Shown here piece after piece: positions 63,901-64,000 of a stretch of DNA of 64,000 nucleotides. The position numbers were made by a program, and so were the translations under genes. The DNA is taken from assembly GCA_015680685.1 (NCBI GenBank), contig MNCI01001499.1, forward strand, positions 59,349 to 123,348, in the 5' to 3' direction. Source of the stretch: Gnetum montanum. Its lineage: Eukaryota > Plantae > Gnetophyta. Every line of letters begins with the position of its first letter. The first letter of the stretch is position 1. Below the pieces are notes generated by a model. The model did not search any database. It worked only from the letters and a program-made list of their open reading frames with translations, and was not told the DNA's origin.

Positions 63901-64000
63901 TATTGGAAAAATAGCCCATTCCTTTCCCTAATAAACTGCACTAACATGCAAGCCATCATAAGTTGAAAAATGACCAGAACAATCTTGGAAAACTATTTGG
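61000..64000. repeat. Non-coding, probably TE-internal region with a dispersed motif (tccacattggg/tccatgttggg..agcatggat) recurring every 100-250 bp
   Basis: Motif at about 61066, 61227, 61441, 61803, 61985, 63057, 63078, 63252, 63444; no credible ORF. Confidence 0.5.
62753..63000 (+). repeat. 124-bp direct tandem duplication
   Basis: ccatgttgagcatggtggcccc...caactctag at 62753-62876 and 62877-63000. Confidence 0.92.

Overview
Heavily methylated land-plant heterochromatin (CpG/CHG-depleted, with N gaps) made almost entirely of nested, decayed Ty3/gypsy Tat-clade LTR retrotransposons. The diagnostic features are RT-RH-aRH-INT order, TGAAACACC...TACA termini and a tRNA-Asn-type PBS. I resolve five elements. 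A (+, pol and 3' LTR, 1-7591) carries a young solo LTR. B (-, 10599-30307) is complete. C (+, 30779-46020) is interrupted in gag by D. D (+, 33593-45544, TSD atagc/attgc) lacks pol. E (-, 46022-58377) is truncated. No intact gene is present. Three things are not explained by a standard annotation. (1) A multi-exon gene lies antisense to the element between protease and RT in B and E, with two further divergent copies at 7.6-9.5 kb and 58.4-60.6 kb. It has conserved intron positions and encodes an FCP1/NIF (HAD)-like domain whose catalytic aspartates are consistently replaced, followed by a PMD/DUF1985-like helical domain and a coiled-coil tail. (2) Arrays of a small hairpin plus (T)TAAACTRGC motif sit just downstream of stop codons and bracket this cargo; they can fold as H-type pseudoknots and resemble the viral coremin exoribonuclease-stalling motif. 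(3) An intronless, frameshifted plastid-type glutaredoxin occupies the equivalent cargo slot in D. All domain calls come from manual translation and motif recognition, not database searches.
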